A stretch of 64,000 nucleotides of DNA from an uncultured Candidatus Melainabacteria bacterium (GTDB lineage Bacteria; Cyanobacteriota; Vampirovibrionia; Gastranaerophilales; Gastranaerophilaceae): the NCBI GenBank assembly GCA_934717855.1, contig CAKUZI010000004.1, forward strand, positions 43,973-107,972, written 5' to 3'. A program made the translations under genes and the position numbers. Positions 28,577-38,235 of this stretch are shown one piece after another (positions within the stretch are counted from its first letter, which is position 1; every line of letters begins with the position of its first letter). The notes below the pieces were generated by a model. It saw nothing but the letters and a program-made list of their open reading frames with translations, was not told the origin of the DNA and ran no database searches.

Positions 28577-29257
28577 ATGGAATGTAATAATGTAAATATG
28601 CAAAATATGAACTCTGTAAGTTTTGGAGCTCTTAAAGGAATTAATGTTGATAAAAAGTTAATGGATGAATGCCCAAGTGTTGTAATTAATATTTTAGATA
28701 AATTTGAAAGTAATTCATCAATTCAAAATTTTACAAAAAAATATGATTGTGATGTTGAAATTGGTAGAAAAAAATTGTTGGGTGGAATTTATAAATATAT
28801 ATTTAAGTTACGTTGCTTTGGAAAAGATAGTGGTAATACGAATGCAAATGTATTAGATGCAATTAAAGATGTATTTTCAAATGGACAACAATATACAATA
28901 AAACATACATCTTACCAAATGGGTATTGAACCTAAAAAGTTGGAAAAATATTTGGACAAGCCAAGAGTAAGATATACGAAGTATCATGAAGCAAGAGCAG
29001 GTGTTGGAAAAGACGACTTGGGTGGTCATAGTGCTTATTGGGATACTAAAGAAGTTGGAACAACAGTAAAAAATTCTCTTCAGAAGTTGGAACGTAAAAT
29101 ATCTAAAAAAATTGAATCGCATATCAAAAAAGTGAATAAAAAGAAAGAAGCAGAACAATTGAAAGCCCAAAAGATTGAAGCTGAAAACCAAAGGATAGCT
29201 AATATTCAAAAAAATAAAGAGCTAGTTAAAACTAAGATTTCGGAATTGACTAAGTAA
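28577..29257 (+). CDS. hypothetical Lys-rich protein
   Basis: 226 aa from MECNNVNMQNMN. GAAAGG RBS. C-terminal K/E-rich coiled coil. Confidence 0.4.
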   Translation: MECNNVNMQNMNSVSFGALKGINVDKKLMDECPSVVINILDKFESNSSIQNFTKKYDCDVEIGRKKLLGGIYKYIFKLRCFGKDSGNTNANVLDAIKDVFSNGQQYTIKHTSYQMGIEPKKLEKYLDKPRVRYTKYHEARAGVGKDDLGGHSAYWDTKEVGTTVKNSLQKLERKISKKIESHIKKVNKKKEAEQLKAQKIEAENQRIANIQKNKELVKTKISELTK

Positions 29258-29315
29258 TTATATAATAAAGCTAATATCTATTTATTTTATCAAATGTGTC
29301 TGTGTAGCGTTGCAA

Positions 29316-29960
29316 TTATTTAATTGCAGGGAAATAGTATTTTACACCTTTGTCTGAACGCCATCTTACGTAGCCTGTTTTAGGAGTTCTGTCAATATCC
29401 ATAACACTAACTAATGCCCAGTTCCCGCGAATAAGGTTTACATTAATTTTCTTTGGCATGTTAATTGTTCCGACAATTTGAGATTTAGAATCAGTTGAAA
29501 CATGCAAATCTTTTGCTTCTGGTGGTGCTTCTTTCAAAAGATTTAATCCGTATTTTCTTCCGTACATGTTATAAAACATTACCCAAGTTGAAAATCTATA
29601 TGGGTCGTCTTTTTTTATCCAGCCTTTTGCTCCTGTAGAGTTGTTATAAATTACCTGAACCCAATCTTCTGTTTCGTCGACAACAGCAAGAATTCCAAGA
29701 TTTTTGGCAGGAAGATAGACAACAAATAAATCTTGCGGTTTTACGCTTTCCGGAAATATTTTGCCACCGATCCAGCTGATACTGTGAACAAGTGTAGAAG
29801 CCTCGGACGGTTCACTATACAAGATAATTTCATTTGGTGCTTGGTAAACCCCGAGTGTGTTAGTTTGTTGAATACTTACGTATTGAGGTATAACATCTGC
29901 ACATAACGCCTTAATCGGTGTTAATAATAATATTGCAAGAATTAATAATAGTTTTTTCAT
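29316..29960 (-). CDS. secreted hypothetical protein
   Basis: 214 aa. Signal peptide MKKLLLILAILLLTPIKALCA. Confidence 0.5.
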   Translation of the reverse strand: MKKLLLILAILLLTPIKALCADVIPQYVSIQQTNTLGVYQAPNEIILYSEPSEASTLVHSISWIGGKIFPESVKPQDLFVVYLPAKNLGILAVVDETEDWVQVIYNNSTGAKGWIKKDDPYRFSTWVMFYNMYGRKYGLNLLKEAPPEAKDLHVSTDSKSQIVGTINMPKKINVNLIRGNWALVSVMDIDRTPKTGYVRWRSDKGVKYYFPAIK

Positions 29961-30037
29961 TCTATTTTCCTCTTTTCTTAGGAATTATTTGTAATAACTT
30001 GTCTTAGTGAATTTTATCACAGGGATCTCTAACAAAA

Positions 30038-32503
30038 TTATTCTCTAAAACTTATTTCTGCATAAGTTTTTTGTAATTTTGCGCGAACATTGCTCATTTG
30101 GCGTTCAATCACTTCATCTGTTAGAGTTGCATTTTCGTCTTGCATTTTTATGCGGAAAGCAAGGCTCTTGAAGCCTTTGTCGATATTTTCACCTTGGTAA
30201 ACGTCAAATACTTCGCTACCTTTAAAGATATTTTGTTGAACTGCGCCTTTGATTACTCTTTGAATATCGTCGAATGAGACTTCTTCATTGATTACAAAAG
30301 CTAAGTCACGACGTACTTCAGGAAATTGTGGAAGTTTTTTAAATCTTACCGTATGTTCCTTGATAATTGGAATCAAGCTGTCTAAGTTGATTTCAAACAT
30401 AAATACATCTTGACCTTTGATTTTTAATTTATCTTTTAAAATCGGATGGATTTGACCAAAGTAACCGATGCAAGTTAGGTTTTTACCTAAAACGTTAACT
30501 TTTGCGCTTCTGTAAGGGTGCATATAGTCAACATCTTCACAAGGAGTTAATTTAATTCTTTTTGTAACACCAAGTTCATCAAACAATTTTTCAATAATAC
30601 CTTTAAGAGTATAAAAATCTGTGTGTGATTTAACTTGCCATTTAGAATTTTCAATTTCGCCTGTCAAAACACCAGCAAGAACTCGAGATTCTTTTACTCC
30701 AGAAGTTTTTTCATCTGCCGGATTTTCAGCAACATAAGTTTTTCCTATTTCATAAGCCCAAACAGTCTTTTGAGCGTTGTCATAGTTGTATTTCATACAA
30801 TTCAAAACGCTTGCAGCCATATTTTGTCTAAGCATTGTACTTTCATCGCTTGCTGAATTCAATACTTTAACTGCTTTTGCTTCGTCAAAGGATTGCATAT
30901 ATTTGTCTAACAATGGTTTTCCGATTAATGATGTTGTAATAATTTCGTCTAAACCTGATGAAAGCATTAATTCGTTTACTTTTTTAATAACTTTTTCTTC
31001 CAAAGTTATTTCTGCTGTTTGGTTTTTAGCAGGAAGTGTCGGTGTAATTTTGTCATAACCGTTAATTCTTGCAATTTCTTCTATTAAGTCGATTTCGCGA
31101 GTAACATCACCAGCTCTGAATGATGGAACTAAAAATTTTGCAGCCGCTGCATTTCCGCCTAGATTTTTAAAACCTAGTTTTTCAAGAATTGAAATACATT
31201 TTTCAGAAGCAATTTCACATCCCAAAATACGTTTAATTTGAGCGTATCTTAAAGTGATTTCAATAGGTTCAAGTTCGTTTTTGCCTGTTTCGACAACGCC
31301 TTCAATTTCTGCGTCTGCAAGTTCTACCAAAAGCTGCATTGCACGCATTAAAGCCGGTCTGATTGCTTCGATATCAATTCCGCGCTCAAATCTTGCACTT
31401 GCTTCTGAACGGTAGCCTACGCTTCTGGAAGATTTTCTTGTTGTTGCAGGTGGAAAATAAGCTGCTTCTAATGCTATATTTTTAGAATTATCGTCAATTT
31501 CAGAGTTTTCTCCGCCGAATACGCCTGCAAGACAAACTCCTTTTTCGTTATCTGCAATCAAAACACTGTCTGTGGTAAGAGTTCTTTCAGTACCGTCAAG
31601 TGTAACGATTTTTTCTCCATCTTCAGCACGTCTTACACATAAATAACCGTTTAATTTGTCTAAATCGAAAGCGTGAAAAGGTGTACCATATTCAAGCATT
31701 ACGTAGTTTGTAATATCTACTACGTTGTTAATTGCACGAACACCTGAAGCTAAAAGTCTTTTTTGCATCCAATCCGGAGAAGGTTTTGTTTTAATATTTT
31801 TCAAAACTCCTATTGAGTAATATTTACAAACATCTTCATCTTTAATTTCAACTTTAAACTTGTCTGTTGATAAATCTTTTGTGCATTCAAGAGGTGAAAA
31901 TTTTAAAGGTTTGTCGAAAATTGCACTTAATTCTCTTGCAACCCCAATTACAGACATTTGGTCTCCTCTATTTGCTGTTGGGGCAACATCTAAAATATAA
32001 TCTTTTTCAAATCCTAAAACATCTTTTACATCAGCACCGATTTGAACGTCCGGAAAAATTCTGTTTAAAACAAGAATTCCATCTTCTTCTTGATAATTTC
32101 TATCTGAAACTCCAAGTTCGTCTGCAGAACAAAGCATACCTTGAGATTCAACTCCTCTGATAGTTGCAGGGGCAAGTGTAAACATTTCACCGGTTTTTCT
32201 GTCGAGAACTTGTGAACCCACTGATGCATAAGGTATAATTTGACCGACTGCAATATTTTGAGCACCGCAAACCACTGTTTTTAGGCCTGAACCAGTATTT
32301 ACGGTTACTAGATGTAAGTGATCAGAGTTTGGGTGATTGTCAATTTTTTCAATTTTAACAGTTTTTATGTTAGTAAATTGAGGCTTTAATTCTTCAACCG
32401 CTTCTACTTCCAATCCGCTCATAGTCAATTCGTGAGCTATTTGTTCTACTTCTATATCTGATAAATCAACAAATTCGTTTAACCAGTTTAATGATACTTG
32501 CAT
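30038..32503 (-). CDS. pheT: phenylalanine--tRNA ligase beta subunit
   Basis: 821 aa. N-terminal tRNA-binding domain, B3/B4 and B5 domains, C-terminal FDX-ACB domain. No adjacent pheS. Confidence 0.9.
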   Translation of the reverse strand: MQVSLNWLNEFVDLSDIEVEQIAHELTMSGLEVEAVEELKPQFTNIKTVKIEKIDNHPNSDHLHLVTVNTGSGLKTVVCGAQNIAVGQIIPYASVGSQVLDRKTGEMFTLAPATIRGVESQGMLCSADELGVSDRNYQEEDGILVLNRIFPDVQIGADVKDVLGFEKDYILDVAPTANRGDQMSVIGVARELSAIFDKPLKFSPLECTKDLSTDKFKVEIKDEDVCKYYSIGVLKNIKTKPSPDWMQKRLLASGVRAINNVVDITNYVMLEYGTPFHAFDLDKLNGYLCVRRAEDGEKIVTLDGTERTLTTDSVLIADNEKGVCLAGVFGGENSEIDDNSKNIALEAAYFPPATTRKSSRSVGYRSEASARFERGIDIEAIRPALMRAMQLLVELADAEIEGVVETGKNELEPIEITLRYAQIKRILGCEIASEKCISILEKLGFKNLGGNAAAAKFLVPSFRAGDVTREIDLIEEIARINGYDKITPTLPAKNQTAEITLEEKVIKKVNELMLSSGLDEIITTSLIGKPLLDKYMQSFDEAKAVKVLNSASDESTMLRQNMAASVLNCMKYNYDNAQKTVWAYEIGKTYVAENPADEKTSGVKESRVLAGVLTGEIENSKWQVKSHTDFYTLKGIIEKLFDELGVTKRIKLTPCEDVDYMHPYRSAKVNVLGKNLTCIGYFGQIHPILKDKLKIKGQDVFMFEINLDSLIPIIKEHTVRFKKLPQFPEVRRDLAFVINEEVSFDDIQRVIKGAVQQNIFKGSEVFDVYQGENIDKGFKSLAFRIKMQDENATLTDEVIERQMSNVRAKLQKTYAEISFRE

Positions 32504-32595
32504 GTTTATACTTCCCTCTCGATTAATATATTATCTTTGATTGAATAATACTACAAACTCAAATGAATTACAAATTTTCATGTTATAATTTTTAT

Positions 32596-33336
32596 ATGAA
32601 AAGAGCTGTAGTTTTTGCGCATTATGATAAAGATTGTTTGATAGATGATTATGTTGTTTATTATATAAAAGCGTTGAAAGAAGCTGGTTGTGACGTAGTT
32701 TTTGTATCTTGTAAAGAACTTACGCAAGTTGAATTGAATAAGTTGAATGGGCTTATAATCAATGCAATTACAGAAAAACATGATGAATATGATTTTGGCT
32801 CTTACAAAAGAGGTTTTTTGTATTTAAAGCCGTTTTTAAGTAATTATGATGAATTGATTTTTGCAAATGACAGTTGTTATGGTCCGCTTTATCCGATTTC
32901 AGAAGTTTTTGAAAACTTTGTGTCATCAATAGAACATCAAGAAAATAAAAAATTGATTATTTCAAAATACGAAATTGGATTGACTGAAGTATTGGTAGAG
33001 AATGGATTTAGCTTTAAGACATTTATAAATGCATATGAAAATATTAACAACATTGTTATTTTAAAATGGCGTCAAATTATTCAAAAATATCAAATGCCAT
33101 TTGTAAAAAAATCGTTATTTGATTTGAAAAATATTGATGCAACCACTATTGAAAATTATGATAAAGTTTTAACAAAATTCCCTTGTGACTTAATAAAGTC
33201 ACCTAGAAAAATTCAAACAAAAACTCCATATTTTATTAAGTTTTTTATTTTTGATACACTTGCAAATTTTCCATTTCCAATAAGAAAATTTTTTGCAATT
33301 ATTGTAAAAGAGCTATTTCCATATATTATGGATTAA
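32596..33336 (+). CDS. hypothetical protein, possibly RgpF-like (rhamnan synthesis) glycosyl-transfer associated
   Basis: Start at MKRAVVFAHYDKD; the start choice and the assignment are tentative. VVFAHYDKDCLIDDYVVYYIKALKE resembles the N-terminus of RgpF-family proteins. Confidence 0.3.
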   Translation: MKRAVVFAHYDKDCLIDDYVVYYIKALKEAGCDVVFVSCKELTQVELNKLNGLIINAITEKHDEYDFGSYKRGFLYLKPFLSNYDELIFANDSCYGPLYPISEVFENFVSSIEHQENKKLIISKYEIGLTEVLVENGFSFKTFINAYENINNIVILKWRQIIQKYQMPFVKKSLFDLKNIDATTIENYDKVLTKFPCDLIKSPRKIQTKTPYFIKFFIFDTLANFPFPIRKFFAIIVKELFPYIMD

Positions 33337-33439
33337 TTTTCGTGTTTCTATAATAATTTACATATAATTTAACGAAACGTAACAGGATTTTTCAATCTGA
33401 ACATGTTTATAATATAATGTTCCTTGAGGTAATATAAAA

Positions 33440-34744
33440 TTGAAACATTCTAAATTAACAGCCCTAATATTTATAGCACTTATACTTGGTGTTATCGTAG
33501 GACATTTTGCCCCAGATTTTGCGGTTAGAATGAAACCTTTTGCAGTAATCTTTTTGAGAATGGTTAAGATGATTATTGCTCCGTTGCTATTTGCAACTTT
33601 GGTCGTTGGAATTGCAGGTCACGGCGACGCTAAAAGTCTTGGTAAAATCGGGCTTAAAACAATTATTTATTTTGAAATCGTTACAACTTTGGCTTTGATT
33701 ATCGGTTTGACAGTGGCAAACATATTTAAACCCGGAGTTGGTTTTGTTACGAGTAATTCGGCTCACGCAATTCATATGCAAGAAGCCGGACTTATGGCCG
33801 CAACTCAAGCACATACATCTGTAAGTGAAATGGTTACAAGTATTTTCCCAACAAGTATTATTGACGCAATGGCGCAAGGCAATTTGTTGCAAATCGTAGT
33901 GTTTTCAATATTTTTTGCGCTTGCAATGGTTGCAGTCGGAAAGAGTGCAAAGCCTGTTATAGATGTTCTAAATTCCGTTTCTCAAATTATGTTTAAGTTT
34001 ACGGAATATGTAATGTATTTTGCGCCACTAGGTATTTTTGGTGCAATCGCATCTACTATCGGTGCAAATGGCTTAGCTATTTTAAAAAGTTATTTTAAAG
34101 TAATAGGCGCTATGTATTTTGCATTGGGAGTTTTTGTGTTACTCGTTTTATTTATTGTTTGTAAAATCGTAAAAATTTCTTTGAGAGATTTGTTAAGAGT
34201 TGTTCAAGAACCGGCTCTTTTAGCTTTTACAACAGCGAGTTCTGAGGCTGCTTTCCCAAAAGCAATGGAAGCAATGGAAAAATTCGGTGTTCCTAAAAAT
34301 ATTGTCGGTTTTGTAATGCCGACAGGTTATACTTTTAACCTTGACGGAAGCACACTTTACCTTGCAATGGGTGTGTTGTTTTCATCTCAAATCGTTGGAA
34401 TTAATTTAGATTTAAATCAACAAATTATTATAATGCTTGCTTTAATGCTTACAAGTAAAGGAATTGCAGGTGCTCCAAGGGTATCTTTAATTGTTCTTGC
34501 TGGAACTTTGGCAAGTTTTAATATTCCAATCTTAGGTGTTGCAATACTTTTAGGGATTGATCAAATCCTTGATATGGGCAGAACAACGATTAATCTTGTT
34601 GGAAACTGTATCGCAACAGTTGTTATTGCGAGATGGGAAAAAGTTTTTGATTATGACAAAATGAGAGAATTTGTAAGAGCGTCTAAAGAAGAAAGTATTG
34701 GACGTGATATACAAGAAACTATTGGACAAATAAAAGAAGGATAA
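33440..34744 (+). CDS. dicarboxylate/amino acid:cation symporter (DAACS / GltP family)
   Basis: 434 aa. About 8 TM segments plus re-entrant loops. LAFTTASSEAAFP and GVPKNIVGFVMPTGYTFNLDGS match family hallmarks. Confidence 0.85.
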   Translation: MKHSKLTALIFIALILGVIVGHFAPDFAVRMKPFAVIFLRMVKMIIAPLLFATLVVGIAGHGDAKSLGKIGLKTIIYFEIVTTLALIIGLTVANIFKPGVGFVTSNSAHAIHMQEAGLMAATQAHTSVSEMVTSIFPTSIIDAMAQGNLLQIVVFSIFFALAMVAVGKSAKPVIDVLNSVSQIMFKFTEYVMYFAPLGIFGAIASTIGANGLAILKSYFKVIGAMYFALGVFVLLVLFIVCKIVKISLRDLLRVVQEPALLAFTTASSEAAFPKAMEAMEKFGVPKNIVGFVMPTGYTFNLDGSTLYLAMGVLFSSQIVGINLDLNQQIIIMLALMLTSKGIAGAPRVSLIVLAGTLASFNIPILGVAILLGIDQILDMGRTTINLVGNCIATVVIARWEKVFDYDKMREFVRASKEESIGRDIQETIGQIKEG

Positions 34745-34751
34745 GAATAAT

Positions 34752-37580
34752 ATGGCAAACGAAACAGGAACAAAAAAAGAGTACAAAGATACTTTAAATT
34801 TGCCTCAAACAACTCTTGCTATGAGAGCAAATGCAACAGTTAGAGAATTAGAAATTCAAAAATTTTGGGAAGAACACGATATTTATAACAAAATTATTAA
34901 CAATCGTGACAAAGCAAATAAATTTATTTTGCACGACGGCCCTCCATATTTGAGTTCTGAAAAAATTCACGTTGGTACTGCTTTGAACAAAATTCTTAAA
35001 GATATTTTGTTGAAATATAAAGCTCAAGCAGGGTTCTATACTCCGTATGTCCCGGGGTATGATGGGCATGGTTTGCCAATTGAAAATAAAGTTGTAAAAA
35101 ATATAAAAGGCGGAAGAAGCGCAGTAACTCCTTATGAGTTGCGTCAAAAATGTCGTGAATATGCTCATAACAGTTTAAAAGGTCAAGAAAGCGAGTTTAA
35201 ACGTCTTGGCGTTTTGGGTGACTGGGAAAACCCTTATTTGACTATTAAACCAGAATTCGAAGCTGAGCAAGTTAGAGTTTTTGGGGATATGTACAAAAAA
35301 GGTTATATTGAAAAAGGTTTGAAACCTGTTTATTGGTGCGCATCTTGCGAAACTGCTCTTGCAGAAGCAGAAGTTGAATACGCTGATGTTACATCAACTT
35401 CTATTTATGTAAGATTTAAGTTTGATGAAGAAAGTACTGAGAAAATTCAAAAGTTATTGAACAATTCACTACTCACTACTCACCATTCACCAGTATACGC
35501 CATCATTTGGACAACAACACCTTGGACAATTCCATCAAATATGGCAATCAGTATGCACCCTAAATTTGAATATACTTTCTTTGAATACAAAGGTGACGTT
35601 TATGTTGTTGCTCAAGGCTTGTTGGCAAGCTTCTTGGCTGACGTTGAATGGGATGAAAAAGATATTAAAGTCCTTGGTTCTTGTGTAGGACAAGACTTAG
35701 AACTTTTAACAACTCAACATCCGCTTGTAGATAGAAAATCTCCAATTATTTTAGGAGAACACGTAACGCTTGATGCAGGTACCGGTTCTGTTCATACAGC
35801 TCCAGGACACGGTCTTGAAGACTATGAAGTCGGTTGTAAATATGGTATTGAAGTATTTTCACCACTTGATAGTAAAGGTGTTTGGACTGATATCGTTAAA
35901 GATCCTGATTTGATAGGATTACCTTATTATAAAGGAAATTCTGTAGTAATCGAAAAACTTAAAAATTGTGGCGCTTTGTTAAAAGCTCAAGATATAAACC
36001 ACAGTTATCCGCACTGTTGGAGATGTAAAAATCCTGTAATTTACAGAGCTACACCTCAATGGTTTGTAAAAGTAGATAAATTCAGAGATCAAGCATTGGA
36101 AGCTATCAAGGGTGTAAAATGGATTCCTGCTGGCGGTGAAGCAAGAATTTCAAACATGGTTGCAGGTCGTACAGACTGGTGTATTTCCCGTCAAAGAGCT
36201 TGGGGCGTACCAATTCCGGTGTTCTACTGCGAAGATTGCGGAGAGGTTATTGTTACTGACGAAACAGTTGAAAATGTTGCAAAAATCTTTGAAAAAGAAA
36301 GTTCTGACGCTTGGGTAAAATATTCTGCAGAAGAATTGTTGCCTCAAGGATTTAAATGCCCTAAATGTGGTAAAACTCATTTCAAAAAAGAAAATGACAT
36401 TATGGATGTTTGGTTTGATTCAGGTGTAACATGGCGTGCAGTAGTTGAAAATCGTTCAGACGTTTTGGGGCATACTCCTGTTGAAATGTATTTGGAAGGT
36501 TCTGACCAACACAGAGGTTGGTTCCAATCATCACTTTTGACAAGTGTTGCTGTTCAAGGAAAAGCTCCTTACAAATCAGTTTTAACACATGGGTTTGTAT
36601 TTGGTGAAGATGGCCGAAAAATGTCAAAATCATTAGGCAACTACATCAGACCAGACGAAATTATTAAAACATATGGTGCAGATATTTTGAGATTGTGGGC
36701 TGCTTCTGTTGACTATAGAAACGATACAAAAATCGGTAACAACATTATTAAACAGCTTGCTGAAATCTTTAAGAAAACTAGAAATACTTCAAGATTTTTA
36801 CTTGGAAACTTGTTTGACTTTGATCCAAAAGTTGATTATGTACAGTATAATGATTTGAAAGCTATTGACAAATTTGCGTTACACAAGCTTAATCAGCTTA
36901 TTGCAAATGTAACTGAAGCTTTTGATAATTATGAATTCTATAAATATTTCCAACAGCTTCAAAATTTTGCAGCAGTTGATTTGAGCTCATTCTATCTTGA
37001 TATTGTAAAAGACAGATTGTACACGGCAGGTAAAAAATCGCTTTCACGTAGAGCTTGTCAAACTGTTTTGTATGAAACATTGCAAACTCTTGTAAGAATG
37101 CTTGTTCCTGTAATGCCTCACCAAGCTGAAGATATTTGGGCTAGCGTTCCGGAATGTCAAAAAGACGGATTGGAAAGTATTTTGCTCTCTGATTGGGTTA
37201 AAGTTAATCCAGAATGGAACAACGAACAATTAGAAAACGATTTCACGCAAATATTGAAAACTCGTGAAGTTGTCACTCGTGCAATTGAACCTCTTAGAGC
37301 TGAAAAACAAGTCGGAAGTTCTTTAGAAGTTGCTGTGTTTGTAAAATCTGACAACGCAGAAATTTTGAAAGCTAACGAAGATGAGTTATGTAATATATTT
37401 ATTACATCACAAGCACATGTAGTTGATGAAAAACCTGCAAATGTCTTGAATGAACATTCCGAAGAGGGCTATACTGTTTGGGTTACAAAAGCAGAGGGTG
37501 AAAAATGTGCTCGTTGCTGGAAATACAGAAAACTAAATGCCGACGGAATTTGTGAAGAATGTGCAGAGGCTATTAAATAG
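34752..37580 (+). CDS. ileS: isoleucine--tRNA ligase
   Basis: 942 aa. TLNLPQTTLAMRAN. HDGPPYLSSEKIHVGTALNKILKD (HIGH-type). KMSKSLGN. C-terminal Zn finger CARCWKYRK..CEECAEAIK. Confidence 0.95.
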   Translation: MANETGTKKEYKDTLNLPQTTLAMRANATVRELEIQKFWEEHDIYNKIINNRDKANKFILHDGPPYLSSEKIHVGTALNKILKDILLKYKAQAGFYTPYVPGYDGHGLPIENKVVKNIKGGRSAVTPYELRQKCREYAHNSLKGQESEFKRLGVLGDWENPYLTIKPEFEAEQVRVFGDMYKKGYIEKGLKPVYWCASCETALAEAEVEYADVTSTSIYVRFKFDEESTEKIQKLLNNSLLTTHHSPVYAIIWTTTPWTIPSNMAISMHPKFEYTFFEYKGDVYVVAQGLLASFLADVEWDEKDIKVLGSCVGQDLELLTTQHPLVDRKSPIILGEHVTLDAGTGSVHTAPGHGLEDYEVGCKYGIEVFSPLDSKGVWTDIVKDPDLIGLPYYKGNSVVIEKLKNCGALLKAQDINHSYPHCWRCKNPVIYRATPQWFVKVDKFRDQALEAIKGVKWIPAGGEARISNMVAGRTDWCISRQRAWGVPIPVFYCEDCGEVIVTDETVENVAKIFEKESSDAWVKYSAEELLPQGFKCPKCGKTHFKKENDIMDVWFDSGVTWRAVVENRSDVLGHTPVEMYLEGSDQHRGWFQSSLLTSVAVQGKAPYKSVLTHGFVFGEDGRKMSKSLGNYIRPDEIIKTYGADILRLWAASVDYRNDTKIGNNIIKQLAEIFKKTRNTSRFLLGNLFDFDPKVDYVQYNDLKAIDKFALHKLNQLIANVTEAFDNYEFYKYFQQLQNFAAVDLSSFYLDIVKDRLYTAGKKSLSRRACQTVLYETLQTLVRMLVPVMPHQAEDIWASVPECQKDGLESILLSDWVKVNPEWNNEQLENDFTQILKTREVVTRAIEPLRAEKQVGSSLEVAVFVKSDNAEILKANEDELCNIFITSQAHVVDEKPANVLNEHSEEGYTVWVTKAEGEKCARCWKYRKLNADGICEECAEAIK
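35461..35493. repeat. repeat-family fragment lying in frame inside ileS
   Basis: ACAATTCACTACTCACTACTCACCATTCACC matches the intergenic CACAATTCACTACTCAC / CACTATTCACCATTCACTAT family at 40860..40896 and 41846..41862. It encodes the low-complexity peptide NSLLTTHHSP. Confidence 0.45.
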
Positions 37581-37607
37581 TTTAATAATTAAAATTATTA
37601 ACAAATA

Positions 37608-37641
37608 TAAAAGGCGACTTAAAAAAGTTGCCTTTTTATTT
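37608..37641 (+). terminator. probable terminator after ileS
   Basis: AGGCGACTTAAAAAAGTTGCCT hairpin plus TTTTATTT. Confidence 0.5.
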
Positions 37642-37700
37642 CCTGTGAACTATAATTTTCTCGCCAATATACATTTATTAAAAGACCCTAAGGAGAGATT

Positions 37701-38132
37701 ATGATAACAAGAGTAAGTAACTTTTCAGTTTTGAACAGGAAAATTTCTGCAATTGAGAATTCTCATAAAAGAAATTCATCAGGAATAGAACAACTTAAGG
37801 CGTCTGTTCGTAGAGAAAACGCTATGTATGATTATATTTTAAAAGATAAAAAGAATTTTGGCGCAAATATGATATATCTATTCATGAAGTGTCCTCACGA
37901 AATGTTACATATTGAAATTGCCAAAGGCTATAATGTCGATTGGGTTTCAAAGTTTGCGGACTATGACAAACAAAAACGATTAGTGAAAAAAATTAGTGAT
38001 TTATACTCAAGTGATTATAAAAAGACAGGCAAGCTAAGAAAACAACTGATAAGTGATGGCCGAATTTCCATGGATACAGTTGTTCCCAAAATGACAAGTA
38101 AGTTAAAGAAATTTTTCAAATATAAGTTTTAG
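37701..38132 (+). CDS. hypothetical protein
   Basis: 143 aa. AAGGAGAG RBS. Lys-rich. No motif recognised. Confidence 0.35.
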   Translation: MITRVSNFSVLNRKISAIENSHKRNSSGIEQLKASVRRENAMYDYILKDKKNFGANMIYLFMKCPHEMLHIEIAKGYNVDWVSKFADYDKQKRLVKKISDLYSSDYKKTGKLRKQLISDGRISMDTVVPKMTSKLKKFFKYKF

Positions 38133-38235
38133 ACTATATTTGTAAACTTATTGTAACGAAATTTTAACAAAACCTAAAGATTTTCTTTGATTGTGCCGTA
38201 GACATGATTGTACAATTTTGAAAGGAAAATCTATT

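Noticed and set aside
34752-37580. First impression that the 942-aa aminoacyl-tRNA synthetase was ValRS.
   Set aside because: The N-terminal TLNLPQT..MRAN motif, the HDGPPY..HVG HIGH region and the C-terminal CxxC...CxxC zinc finger are IleRS hallmarks. Called ileS.
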